A stretch of DNA of 63,390 nucleotides, filler included, from Cercozoa sp. M6MM (GCA_040357565.1; 8 parts of 8 records of this genome joined end to end with filler, not necessarily neighbours in it); one strand, 5' to 3'. Counted from the first letter of the whole stretch, positions 1 to 12,288 are shown. The notes: generated by a model not told the origin, from the sequence alone. A program made the numbers and translations.

Positions 1-20
1 CCCCCCCCCCCCCCGAACAG

Positions 21-376
21 TGAGGACGAAGAGCACCGACAGCGCGTGGTGCAACGCATCATTGCGCAGCAGCAGTACCTTGCCTTGTGTTGTGGCAGTA
101 CTACCCTGCCCTGTCCAGTACACCTGCAAGTGTGTCCGCAGGGAGGAGCAAGAGGCCGAGCGACTGCGTCTGTTCAGTGCCGCCAACGACGACGGCGACC
201 AGCAGCAGCAGCAGCAACCCAGTGCTGCCGGCAGTGGCACGCGGCGACACCGCCGGCGACACAAGAAAACTCTCGCGTCCACACGTGGTCACCGCACCGA
301 TCACCGTCGCGATGACGGTGACGCCAACGGCGACATCTTCCGCGGCCTGCCGAGCGACGGTTTCTACCGCGGCTAA
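21..376 (+). CDS. 3' end of a hypothetical protein (two exons, intron about 75-141), truncated by the window start
   Basis: EDEEHRQRVVQRIIAQQ|QEEQEAERLRLF...PSDGFYRG* is in frame after removing gtacct...ccgcag. No family recognised. Confidence 0.55.
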
Positions 377-782
377 GTTTCGCCGGTCAATGATATCAGC
401 CCGACGGATCTGACTCAACGCAGATTCGGATTGATACCAACTGAACCGAATATCGTTTGAGAACTCATTGGAATCGATTCCCCGTGGGGCTTCTTTAGAC
501 AACGCAATAGTGACGTATTTCTAGAAAATCGACCGGACGTTTGTCTAGAAATTGCCCCCGTGGAAGCATCCGATACTTCTAGAAAGAGCGCGCCTGCTCA
601 GCAGCGAAAACCTTGACTTCACGTTCGCCGTCTTTTTGCGTTTTCAGATGGGCGAGTCTCTTTTATGGGTAATTTGGCTGCTTACGTACCGACGTTTGTC
701 TCGAGGTTATCTCGGTGATTTCCCAATCGATTTGGCTCTAAGTTGCTCTAATTGGTAGTGTTTAGTGCATACACTTCTCGGC

Positions 783-979
783 TCACTCAACGTCGACCGC
801 ACGCGATGCAGGCGGTTCCACGGTGTTGGTGTTGGCGGCATCGGTTGTGGTCGAGTAACGCGAGTAGCTGCGCGAGTGGCCAGTCGACTCGGCACCCGGC
901 GTTGGCAGGAAGCCCGCCTAAAGAGAGACAACAACAACGTTTTGCAGCAGCTCAAGCAACAGACACAAAGACACACAGA

Positions 980-1010
<31 letters not shown>

Positions 1011-1774
1011 GCGCGCAAGTGAGACAAAGTGTATGTACCCAGTAAGGCAAGGCGCTGCGGATGATTTGTCGCAGCAGCATGACGTGCTCCTTCTCGATCA
1101 TGACCGCGACACGATCGACGTACTCGTCGTCCTTGTGCGCGCGCTGCACCACGAGACCCGAAAGCAAGTACTGTGATCGTTCTTCGTCGAATTCGATCTT
1201 GAGGTGTTTGAGCAGACGCTGTGTGGGCCGGCCGTCAATCCAGTCGTACCGCTGCATCACCACTGAGTCTTCTTCGGCGAGCTGTGCGCACTCCTGCGGC
1301 GACATCCACACCGTCGTGTACTCGCTCAGTGTGCTCGACTCTGCCGTGTCGCCCGGCTCGCGCTTCTGCACATGCAACTTGACGCCACCGGCCCTGCTCA
1401 AAAACAGACCATATTACTCAGCTTTCATGTTGAAACTTGCGAGAAAGCCATGAAAGCTGATAGAAAGACATGAAAGCTGATAGAAAGACATGAAAGCTGA
1501 TAGAAAGACATGCAAGCTGATAGAAAGACATGCAAGCTGATGAAAGCTGACTGAAAGCGAAAGCGTACACGAACTTGCTCCCATGCTGCGACTGTCTCCA
1601 ACTCGCCTGTCGTGCAGAGAACGTCAACAGGTAATCCTTGGAGAACTGCTTGATCTCACCTGGAAAAGGGACAACGAAAACTATTTTTTGTGTGACCGGA
1701 GAAACGCTGAAGGTACCACTCTTCCAATAGCGCCTTACTTGGACAGCCACACGCGGCTGACGAATAGCTCTCAT
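783..1774 (-). CDS. Whirly/MRP-fold single-stranded nucleic-acid-binding protein, probably mitochondrial; exons 1774-1569, 1393-1039, 917-783 (231 aa)
   Basis: Two GT-AG introns give an open 696-nt CDS. The N-terminus is Arg-rich and acid-free. Blocks YLLTF, GGVKLHV, VWMSPQECAQL, LKHLKIE and LLRQIIRSALPYWAGF are colinear with plant Whirly blocks as recalled (AALTV, GFLLLQF, FSLSVTEIGTL, RKVLKVE, LISAFNFVLPYLIGW). Confidence 0.65.
979..1016. repeat. (CA)n-(CG)n alternating purine-pyrimidine tract in an intron (Z-DNA-prone)
   Basis: acacacac...gcgcgcgcgc is directly visible. Confidence 0.9.
1443..1541. repeat. Intronic 20-bp minisatellite (TGAAAGCTGATAGAAAGACA) x~5
   Basis: Direct tandem copies inside intron 1394-1568. 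Confidence 0.9.
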
Positions 1775-1936
1775 CTTTAGGCTGACAACACACGCCCGCA
1801 CACAGTGTCACCAAAAAGCAGGCCTAGAACTCATATTTTATGTTTTTATTTTTGTTTTTTGCGAAAATACCGCATCTAGAGCAGGCAAGACGTGGTACAT
1901 TGGAGTCGTTTTAGTCTGCGTGGGCAGCTAATAACG

Positions 1937-3219
1937 ATGTTTCGGTTGCTGTCGCCAGCACCGCGATCATTTGTGGCAGCCAGAAGAGGTCATGGTCGTC
2001 GCGCGCTCAACGGCCTTGCGAATCGCCTGCACCTGGAGAGTGCAATGCAGCGTGTCTCACGTCGGGTATGTGCTTCAGATATGTCCTATTTCTGTGATGT
2101 ATCGGACGAGAAGGAAGCGATGAACGCAGGCGCTGTGGACGTCGTTGTTTTCATTGACACTGCTTGCGTCGGGTGCTGTTGGAGTCGCCTACATGTGTGC
2201 GTGTCCTCTAGCTTTGTGTGCGTGTGTGTTTAAAACATCGAGTTTGAGCTGCGTGTGTGCAGACAGAGAAGAAGTAGCCTCGCAATCGGCACCGCAACTG
2301 GCGGAATTCGCCGCCTCTGTCATCACGGTATCTGGGGTTTCGATAGATACTGTAGATACTATAGGTGCTTGGGATTAACTGAAGACGTCTGCTGTTGCAG
2401 GACGAAGCAGTGGACGAAGCAGTGCGCAAGCAGACGGAGATGCTGGTGAATCACCTGACCACGTCGCCGTACATCCAGGCGCAAGTGACGCTGCTGCTCA
2501 AGAAAAGTGTGATCGATCTCACCAACGATCCGTCCATTCAGTCGCAGGTATGAGGAACTTCCTGTCCTCAGATGGGCCAAGAAAGCCACAAGCTTGTTGC
2601 TCACAGGTGGCTGCATTGATCGGAACGGCCATCACGAATCAGCACAACCAAGAACTCTTGTTCGACCTGGTCGTGCGTGCACTGCAGGATGCTCAGGTGC
2701 AAGGAGCTGCCACCGCACTCGGTCTCACCAGTGTGCACGACGTCCTTGACGACGTAGCTTTTTTGTTTTTTGTTGTCCACGTGGATGCCACCCTCTGTAT
2801 TTGGACAGGAACACATCCGCGCGCATGCGTCGGAGATGCTGCGCAGTCTGCTGGCCGATGAAGCTTTGCGTCGCAATACTGTACCCGCCCCTCCGATGTG
2901 TGTTTGTGTTGCTTTAATGTGTGGGCAGAGCGAGGCCTTGTGGCAAGTCGTCAAAGGCACAGTGACACCAGGTTTCATGTCAGGAACCTCAACGGCACCA
3001 ACCGGCGAGTCTGCCGACAAGACCGCGAAACCAGTCAAAAAACGAAAGAGGAAAGAACGTGACGAAGAGAAGGCGCCGCCCGCCGAAACCTCGAGTGTCG
3101 CTGAGCGGCTGCACCAGCAGGAACTCCACGAGCGAGCACTCCGGAGGCGGCAGCAGGAACTCGCCCGCAAGTCGCCTCGCGATCACAAGGCATCGGGTCA
3201 CTCCACACAGCCTGAGTAG
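1937..3219 (+). CDS. Hypothetical single-TM helical protein with a mitochondrial-presequence-like N-terminus (about 7 exons)
   Basis: Splices to MFRLLSPAPRSFVAARRGHGRR...RALWTSLFSLTLLASGAVGVAYMYREEV...HLTTSPYIQAQV...DEALRRNTSEALWQVVK...STQPE* using GT-AG introns only. Confidence 0.65.
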
Positions 3220-3380
3220 CTTACGCTGACGTGAATACTAGCACGCACGTATGCGTTCCGCTATGTTAGACACGAAACGAGAAAGGAAGAACCAAACGGA
3301 AGCTTGACGTAGACGAGAGCTTAAACCAAAATTACATCCACGGCAATTACGCAATTTGGAGCGATCGCGAAGGCGGTTGA

Positions 3381-5000
3381 TTACAGGTACTTTTTCGGAT
3401 CGAACACCTCCCAGCGCGAAGCCGGGTAGATGTGCTTGTTCTTGTCATACCAGTGACGCGTGACCACCTGCACAAAAACAACAATACAGGGACACGGCTC
3501 GAATAGAGCAAGAGAGAACTAACCTTGGCGGCGTGCGAAGCAACGTTGCGCTGCGGCGCACTGTGACTCACCCTGACATCGTCGACGGCGTCAAAGTGAA
3601 ACAGCGGTCCCGTTTTGCCTCGTGCACGCTGAAACAAGAAGGAAATTCGCCTGACTCTCTGCTTCAGCAGATACAAACAACGAATATACCGTCAAAATGA
3701 GCTCGTGGAACGTGATGCGGTTCGGCACAATAATATCCTCCTACACGCTCATTCTACTAGTTGGTTTGATACATTAAAGTAAGTGCAGGCAGCTACCTTG
3801 ACGAAAAGCAAATCATCCGGCGAGCGGCCGAACAAATCCGGGAATTCTCGCGCAAACTGCTCGACAACTGCAACATGCAAAAATTGCATCAGACTCTGAC
3901 CTAAACACACACACACACACACACACACACGAAGACTCGACAGCCGAAACGTACTCTGCCCGAGCAAAGTGTGAACCGAAGCGCCACGTTTCACCTGCGT
4001 CTCACGACGATGTCCACTGCCGTCCCCTGTAGTTGTTGACATCCGCGCGGGCATTTCGCAGATCAAAATTCAGTAGAAATCAAGTGATGCTTACAGTAGG
4101 AGAAAGTGATGTTGATCGCCGACTCCTTTAGTTCTTCTTGTCGCTTTTCCCACTCCTCTTCGAGACGACGCTTTTCGGCGCGCAGCTGCGCTTCGCCTGT
4201 CGCAAAGAAAAAAAGTGAAGAGGAAAACACCGGGAAGCTAGTAAAGTACGCTCGCGATCAGGCAAATGCCAGGTGGCGACATGCGGGTTCTTTTTGACCT
4301 TTCGCGCCTTCTTGCGCTGAGGCTCGTCGCTGTTGCTGCTGCTTTCGTCGCTTTCGTCCACGATCTGCGCCCTCTTTGCCTTTGCCTTGTTCTTGCCTTT
4401 CTTTGGAAAAATGAAATCTTCTTCTTCATCGTCGTCGTTGAAGGCGAGTTTTTGTTCGCGACGGCGTTTCTTCTCCTGCGCAGACGCACTCTTGAAAACA
4501 AAAACTGCTAACTCGAAAGGAACAAAGTTACGGCGTGTTTTTCGCGTTTGCGCTGCAGTGCGCTCTGCTTCAACTTGGCACGTGCCGTTTCTTTCAGTTG
4601 CAGTTGCTGTGGCAATCAAAGCTTTAACCAGCCAAACACACATCACAAAGAAGTAAACAAAGGACCTTTTGGCGTCTGCGGTAGTCATCGGCCGTCAGCA
4701 GACCTAGTAAATATCGAACACAGATATAATGAAACAACAAAAAGACAGGAATAAACACACCAGCTTGCAACACTGGATCGCCGTCGGCGGTCATTTGTGT
4801 CGTAAACGACACCTACGCACATCAAAAGCACGTATCAGACGCAACACATCATACGGACTAGAGGGTGTACAGCGCACCTGTCCAGCACGTTGCTTGCGCG
4901 CATTCTTTTGACTCTCAATCTCCTGTTTCTGCCTCTCGAACTCCTCCAGCTGCTTTTGTTGCTTCTTTTTCTGCCGCAGCAGGACAAGGTCCACCGACAT
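3381..5000 (-). CDS. FAM50: XAP5/FAM50 family nuclear (spliceosome-associated) protein, multi-exon
   Basis: Diagnostic motifs [49 protein letters not shown] and [19 protein letters not shown]. Confidence 0.93.
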
Positions 5001-5336
5001 CGGTCTGCATGTGGAAGCGAAAAGGTAGAAGTCTCCAAAAGCCATCACATAGAAACCAATCACTTGTACCAAGGGCTGATGCGCTACTCAGACGCCACTT
5101 ACTATCGAACTAAGCACACTACAGTGCGTCAGACTCGTGTTTGAGCCCGGGAGCTCACAAGGCATCCCAGACTTGTAGCCAGTTTAAAGCAGCGACTCGC
5201 ACGCCCCATTGGCAGAGACGCAAGGTGACGCAGCGCTGGCAGCAGTTTGTGTAGTCCTCGTTTGCTGGTGCGGATTAGCCATTTGGTTGCGCGAGTGGTA
5301 TCTTCCCGGTAAAATACGAAAAATGTGCAGGCCCAG

Positions 5337-7713
5337 ATGCGCGCATTGCGGGTGTCAACATGCGTGGGTGCTCGTGCTCTGCGCGTGCAGTTCACCCCCA
5401 CTGGCACGGGCATCGCAACCGAGATTGTTGACGGTAAAGTTGAGTCGGGCAGTTTTCCCGGTAAAATGAGATAGACTGGATGCTTATTTTTTGTGCAGAA
5501 ACGCCACAACTCGAGCAGTCGCACCTGCAGCAACAGCAGCAGCAGCAGCAGGATGACAGTTTGTTTGGCGATGTGCATGAATCAGCACTGACGTCTTCGC
5601 TTTTCTCCAGCCAGGATTTGTACGACGAGGACGAGTTGCTGGACGAGGAGTTGTACCCGAGTCACGAAGAGCAGCTGCGCGGCAGGACGCCGACTGATGC
5701 GTTGTATCGCGTCGTGCGTGGCGAGAGCGGTCGAAAGTATCTCCAGCGTGTCAACATCGATCATGAGGAGGAGGAAGAGCAGCTCAACTCGCCTGCAACG
5801 TATGCTTGAGCTTTCATTCAGCTTTCACATTCCCCCACCCAGGCACGCTCTGTCGTTGTTCAGTGCTGCCGATGCTGTTGCCGCCAGTGCTTTGATGGAA
5901 GCTGTCAACAACTCTCTCAGCAAATCGAGCGACGACAACGATCGCTCTATCGACTCGTTCCTTGAGCGTTTCGCGCAGCGTCTGCACCCGGACATTGCTG
6001 CTTGTAACTTGCGATGTTAAAGGGGGCTGGTGTGCTTCATGTGAAATGTGCTGTAGCACTGGGTGGCATGCTTTCATCGGAACTTGACGTTGGTGCCATC
6101 GAACAAGTGCAAAAACAACTTCAAGAGCAGCACAAGAACGAAGTGGAACAGTTGCAGTCCGAGCTGAGCGATGTGCGAGTCCAGTTGCACGCCGAGCAAG
6201 ACCAGGCTGCCCAGTTGTTCGGCCGTGTGCGCGAACTGGAAGCTGAGCAACTCAAACTCGTCTCAAAGAACCGCAACGTCGCTCAACTCGAGTCGCAAAT
6301 CGCCGAACTCAGCACGCAACTCGAAGCGAAACGCGACAGTTTCGAGAAACTCGAGCAGCTGCTGCGCCAACTTGAGTCGCAAAACGCAGCTCAGACGACT
6401 CAAGTCTCGCAACTCCACGACGAACTCGACCGCACGAAGCAACAACTCGAGTCGAAACACAAGCTTCTCGAGCAGAGCGAAAGCGCGCGTGTAGCCAGCG
6501 AAAGCGCGCGCAACGAGGCCGAAGTCGCACGAGCCAAGGCCGAAGCTGCACTCAACTCGACCGAGGAGTCATGCAAGGCCAGCGCCGAAGCACTCGAGTC
6601 GAGCGAAGCCAAGTTCCGCAACATGCAGCAGAACTACCGCGACGCGCGTGCCGAAGCCGACGTCAAGCAGCGCGACTTGACTCAAGCACGCAGCGAGCTT
6701 TCCACGCTCCGCGAACAAGTCGCCGAAATCGACTCTCTGCGCGCCGAGTTGCATGCGCTTCGGCAGGCTGGCGACGTCGGTCAGGAACAACTCGACGCAA
6801 CTCGGTCACAACTCGACTCGACTCAGTCGCAACTCGACTCGACTCAGTCGCAACTGGAGTCAACTCAGTCGCAGCTGGAGTCAAGCCAAGTCGAGCTAAA
6901 GCAAGCGTTGGAGCACTTGCGACGTGCCGAGCAAGACGCAGGTGGTCTGACCGGTCAGTTGACGGATCAGAGTCGCGAGCTGGAGCAAGCCAAGGAAGAA
7001 GCTGCCGTGCTGCAGCGCGAATATGAGTCGCTTCTTGCCGAACGCTCGAATCTCGCCGAGTCGCTCACGCAAGAGAACTTGCAGCAAGCTGCCGAACTTG
7101 ACGAGCTTCGATCGACTCTTTCCGAACTTCGCAAGGAGAACGTCGGACTCGACAAGGATCTCCGCGTTCTCATGTCGTCCAGGGATGCGTTGGAAGACAC
7201 GAAGCATCAGCTGACGCAGCACACTGCTTCGCTCAAGAGGCAACTCGAGTCCGTTGAGAGCGAAGCCGAAGAGGCCAAGCGACTGCGCGACGAACTGAAC
7301 CTCTCTGCTGGTGACGTGAACCGCTTGCTTGAACAGAACCTCTTGCTGTCCGATCGTATCCGACAACTCGAGAAGCAGCTGTTCGAGCAGCAAGCTTTTG
7401 AACTGTTTCGCGAGTCCATGCTGAGTGATGAATCCACCCAGAGTGACAGCACGCCGATTACTGCCGATGCGACGTCTGTTGACGTGCCACCAGTCGAGTC
7501 AGTGTCAGAAGCACCAAGAACCGAATTCTCGATCGATGAGTTGAAGTCCCTCAAGGTCACCGAACTCAAGGCCATGTGTCGTTCTCGTGGTCTCCTAGTT
7601 GGTATCTTCTTTCTTTCCTTTTTCTTTATTGTGCAGATTAACTTTTGGCGTGGGGGGTTTTAGGTGGACGGAAGGCAGATCTTATCAAGCGCTTGACCGA
7701 CTTGGGGCACTAG
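5337..7713 (+). CDS. Long coiled-coil protein with a C-terminal SAP domain and a presequence-like N-terminus
   Basis: About 450 aa of heptad-rich E/Q/L/K. The end splices to ELKSLKVTELKAMCRSRGLLV|GGRKADLIKRL, the SAP consensus LKVxELKxxxxxRGLxxxGxKxxLIxRL. Confidence 0.8.
6788..6895 (+). repeat. Coding 21-bp heptad repeat (TQSQLDS)x4-5
   Basis: Tandem caactcgactcgactcagtcg units inside the coiled coil. Confidence 0.85.
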
Positions 7714-7992
7714 CTTTAGGCTTAGCTTGGCTCGGGCTCGGCTAAACCAACGTAAAATACCCGTAAAGTACGTATAGTTGCGTTAGTTTGTTGCGTTAGT
7801 TTGTTAGTTTTACGCCTACGCTAACGACGAGACGAACAGCAGTTGGTTTCTTTAGTTAGTTTGGGAGTGAAGCTAGAAACCACGTCAAGTTTCGCATGTC
7901 GTGTAGTTCGGGCCCCTTCAGTTGCAGCAGCCTTGAGAAGGTCACAAGTGCCTGGCCCGTCGGCCCAAGCAACGGGGAGTTGTCCCACTCGT

Positions 7993-9635
7993 TCAAAATT
8001 CTTCATGAATGAGGTCCTCGCGCTCAAAAAAGGTGTGATTTGAAGGCTTCGGCAGCTGCCATTCCTAAAACGAAAGATATAAATTTACTCGCAATCACAT
8101 TGGTTCGGAGTCTCAAACTGGAGTATCATGAAAAGTGATGGTACCACCGGTTTAGCAAGGAATACGCTATTAGGGATCTGTCGCATCAGCTCTTCTTCGC
8201 CCTGCGGACCCCAAAAACGCATGAAACCAAGGTTGAATTGCCGAAGTATAATTTTCAGAAATACCTTGACAGGTTCATGATGAATTGTTTCATTGTCTCG
8301 CTTGGCGCGGTGGTACAAGTCGCGTAGTTGGACCATTTGCTTTGTCTTCGACTTTTCGACCATACTCATCGAGGTATGGTCCATTTCGGGGTCGACGTAC
8401 ATTTCTTTCAGGGTCTTGATACCCATTTGAGCAAAGCCCTAATTTAAATTTAGACAATTTAGAGCTACACACATTGAAGCATCATACAGATCGGGTAGAT
8501 ACCACAGCAGCACCAGCATCAACTTTTGCAGAGGCACTGCGAGCTAAGTATTTGTATGCAATCGCGCGGTATACCTACAAGTAACTTATGTAAGTTCAAA
8601 TTGACAAAAGCTACGTTTTCACGACACAGTACAGGCCAGCTTACCGACGAGCGCAGAGCCATGAAGTCCGTAAAGGCAACATCGACAGAAGGCGCAACGT
8701 TACCTGCTTCTTGCACAGACTGATAGGCGGATGCAAACTTTTGGGAAATCCCAAGCGCAAGTCGAGCAATATTGGTTTCAGATGAACCCTTTCGAACTGC
8801 ACGTTCAATCAACATTTCTTGTGCGTGGGCGAGGCAGAGTTTGTTTAAAGCCTCAAAGATCGAAGCGCGTGCCTCAATCGGACGGTTTGGGTTCAAATCG
8901 CCGACCTCTGTGATGAAAGTACTGATCTGCAGCGCAACTCCACCGGCTTCCCGAAGACGTAGTGCAGCTTGTTTCAGCAGCGAACTTCGATAGTCATTAT
9001 CTGCTGTATGCAACTCAGAGTTGCGACGACACTGAAAAAGCCAACAATATCTTAGAGGTATCTGGAGAAACCCAAACTAACTGGACAGTGAAAACTGAAA
9101 TTGTTCTGTACCTCTTTTCCCCATTCGTAGTAGACCCAGAACAACGCGAAACCCTGCATGATGATTTCAAATGTAAGGTCGCTCGTTTCGTAGGTGGGAT
9201 GGTCTCGGTGCAAAATCGAGCGCCACAAAATGTTGAAATCTTTCCCCCGGCGAAGGCGAAGTTCTCCTCTGGCCTGCGCCTCCTTCCATGCTGCGCGCGC
9301 GAGGGGAAGATACGACCTGCGATCATGACTTGAAATCGAATCAGAAAGCAAACTGAAAAGCGACTGCACATGATAGCGTCGGCAGCAAGCGCATGGTTTA
9401 GCCTGTGGTGACTCTTTAGTGTGTCGACTACATACTCTCGCTTTCGTGTCAGCTCAGCGAGAGCAGCTTCGCAATCGGAGTTCACGCGAAAGGTGCGAGT
9501 TAAGTCCAACGGCCCTTACATAATATACAGTGTAGCACTAATTTAATCACCCCCCCCCCCCCCCCCCGACTTCCAGTGCAGGAATTTAAACTAAAGCAAC
9601 ATACAGGTCTTGGGACGTTTAAAAGAAAAGAACAT
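7993..9635 (-). CDS. Stand-alone BRO1-domain protein (BROX/PalC-like, ESCRT-III associated)
   Basis: MFFSFKRPKT|WPLDL start, SDLTFEI, LREAGGV, LCLAHAQEMLIERA, IARLA and RDNETIHHEPV, then a short tail with no V domain. Confidence 0.85.
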
Positions 9636-9859
9636 GTCTCTGGGTTCACGTAGGTCACGGACTGCAGCAATTGCAGACTACAGCAAGTGAGATGTTACAC
9701 AAAGCACTGGAACACACGTCGTAAGCTCACTTATTCTGTACGAGTAACTGAAGCAGTTTTCTATCGATATCAGGACCGCGCGGATGAGAGTCACGGTTCA
9801 TGCGATGCTAGTCAATTTCAAAAGACGGCTTTGACGCCCTGGCGCGTGTCGAAGCACGA

Positions 9860-12288
9860 CTACAGCTTCACAGGGTCAGTCGAAGGTTGTCCGTCATCTG
9901 CCGGGAATGTTGTCGTGGTTGGTTCGGGCTCCCCCGGTACGCACTCAGGAGGAATGGCTCGCAATTCAAAGTGATCTGTGCAACAATTGTGTTGACAGGT
10001 AGTTTTCAGTTCGTTCGTGAGACAAGATGTGCCCAAGATCAGTAGAAGTATGTCTAAGATGTGCTCAAATTTACCAAGGAGGTTGCCAACGCGGGAATCT
10101 TCCTCCGCAGGAGACACGCTTTCGACGACCACACTTGTCCATGCATGCCGGATGCCGAAATGACACACGACGTGCTGCCACGAATCGCTGTTGGTGGCTT
10201 CAATGATGCCGTTGCCGTACGTTGGATGTTCCATAGCAGTGGGCACTCCGTCAATGGTACATGCGTTTTGCAGGACGTGCCTATATTGACTCGTGTCATG
10301 TGATGCGATTGACAGACTCAATTTACAGACAAATTACCACTCGTCTCCGCTTCCGATGATGATACGAATCAGGTTGGGTTCGGCCGACTTGCGCTCACGG
10401 TAGGCAAAGGTAAGATAGCCAACATCACCCACGTAGTTCGTGGTGTCAATCTGCTTGAATGCAAGGAGCACAAATCAAACACACACATGCCTAGGTGCGT
10501 CACGGTCGAGAATATCATGGTCTTTGAGCTACCGCTTGCGAGATTGCAGTCGGCCCCTTGCCATTCAACTCAAGATGCTGCAGGCCGTGGGCGCTTTCAA
10601 CGCCGACAAGTCCGTAACACTCAACTTGGAAGACGTCCTGCTCAGCATCGGCGAGCCACCAGCCCGGCATGTACTGCTGTGGCACGTGAACCACTATCGG
10701 ATTGTCTTGCTCGCACTGAAGCACCGGCTCTTCGAACGAAGGGTTCTGCAGCAAGTTTCCAGACGGCTCACACGTCGACGGCTCTGTTGTGCTGGTATGC
10801 GGAGTCGTGGTCGGTGCCTCTGTCGTTGTGGTTGTCGGTTCACTGGTTGTGGTAGTTTGCTGCGTCGTTGTGCTCGTTGCAGGTGTTGTTGACGCTGATG
10901 AGTTCTCACATTCGCTCAGTTTCTTCTGCAGCTCATCGTTTTCCGTGCTGTATCAAATCGCGTGTTTTGCGTTTTTTACGAAGGGGATATTAATGATATA
11001 TTGTGGGTATGCAGCTTTAAGTTGGATTTACACAAGAGCTGCCACTTCGTTTTCCAGCTCAATGACCTTTTCGCGAGTCTTCAAGAAAGCAAAATGTGCT
11101 CAGGTTGCATCTTTGTACGGTACTAAATCAACATACCATCGTGAGAAGACTTATCAGGTAATTGATTTTGCGGGTTTCTTCGACGCAATCCGTACTGTAC
11201 GAGAATGATTCAGGTTTACGAAGACCAACATTGCAATGTCGAGGAGAGAAGACGAGAAGTACGGTGGTTCCACAGTCGGGTACGGCGTGGTTGTTGCCGT
11301 ACTGTAAGGAGCGGCGGTTGTCGTTGTTGTGTCGGACGTTGTACTCGTAGTGGAAGGTTTCGTCGTAGTTGTTGTGTACGGTGTCGTCGTAGTTGTAGTG
11401 TAAGGTTTCGTCGTAGTTGTTGTGTGCGGTTTTGTCGTGTAGGGCGTCGTTGTCGGAGCAGAGGTGTAAGTCAAAGTCGTTGTAGTCGGCTCAGGGGTAG
11501 TCGTTGTTGTCGTCGCTTCCATTGTGCAGAGTTCGCATGAAGGTCCGACGTAGACCAGCTCGTCGTCTAGAGTATCCGAAGGTGCACCCTTTTTGGATGT
11601 AAGCTGCATTTCCTGCGCACTGATTGACCAACGCCCGTTTAGCCAGAACTCCACGATGGTGAAGTTGCCACCACTTGCAGACAGCCAGGGAACCACTTGG
11701 CTGCGATGCAACGCCTGCAGTCACAGTAATTACAGTTACTGCTATGCTCCATTCTGACCGATGACACAGCTTAAACTTATAGAAAACGTACACGTGGATC
11801 AGCTGCATCTCCATTGTAGTATGTGGCATAGCGCAGGTCTGCACTGTAGATCGCACCATTCGCGCTCACAAAGTCGGGTAAAAACCCTAGATCCCCGAGG
11901 CACTGATCCGGCACATCGACACCAAACTGAGCGAGGAATTTCTCCCGAAGTTCCTCGGCGACGTTCGCGTCGATATTTTCGATGATGTACCGAAACACAG
12001 TCGAGCCTGGGTCGGCCATGTACTCGCTGTCCAAACGAACACGAAGGTTCACGCTCTCACCCGCTGACGTCTTGTAGTGAATGTCGGCAGGAGCGAAGCT
12101 GATGCGCGTGTCGTCACTGGTACCCACCATATGCTGGACCTCTGGATCCACGCAAGGTCCGGTGCCTTGACTACAACATCCCATTTTCTAACTCTAAAAC
12201 GTAAAACGAGATTTCCAAACTGTGTGACTTACAGAGGCGACAGCGCGGCGACTTTTGCTGCCAGCAAGACGCTCAGCAGAAATCGCAT
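9860..12288 (-). CDS. Secreted mucin-like protein: signal peptide, two Thr-rich stalks, a short coiled coil and a C-terminal galactose-binding-like (DUF642/CBM-like) domain
   Basis: MRFLLSVLLAAKVAALSP, TTTTPEPTTT tracts and NLLQNPSFEEP...PGW...HLELNG...AISQ...LTFAYRER...RVGNLLDHFEL after splicing. Confidence 0.75.

Noticed and set aside
1443-1541. CRISPR-like array (also 50428-50516)
   Set aside because: Head-to-tail units with no unique spacers, inside eukaryotic introns, and no cas genes.
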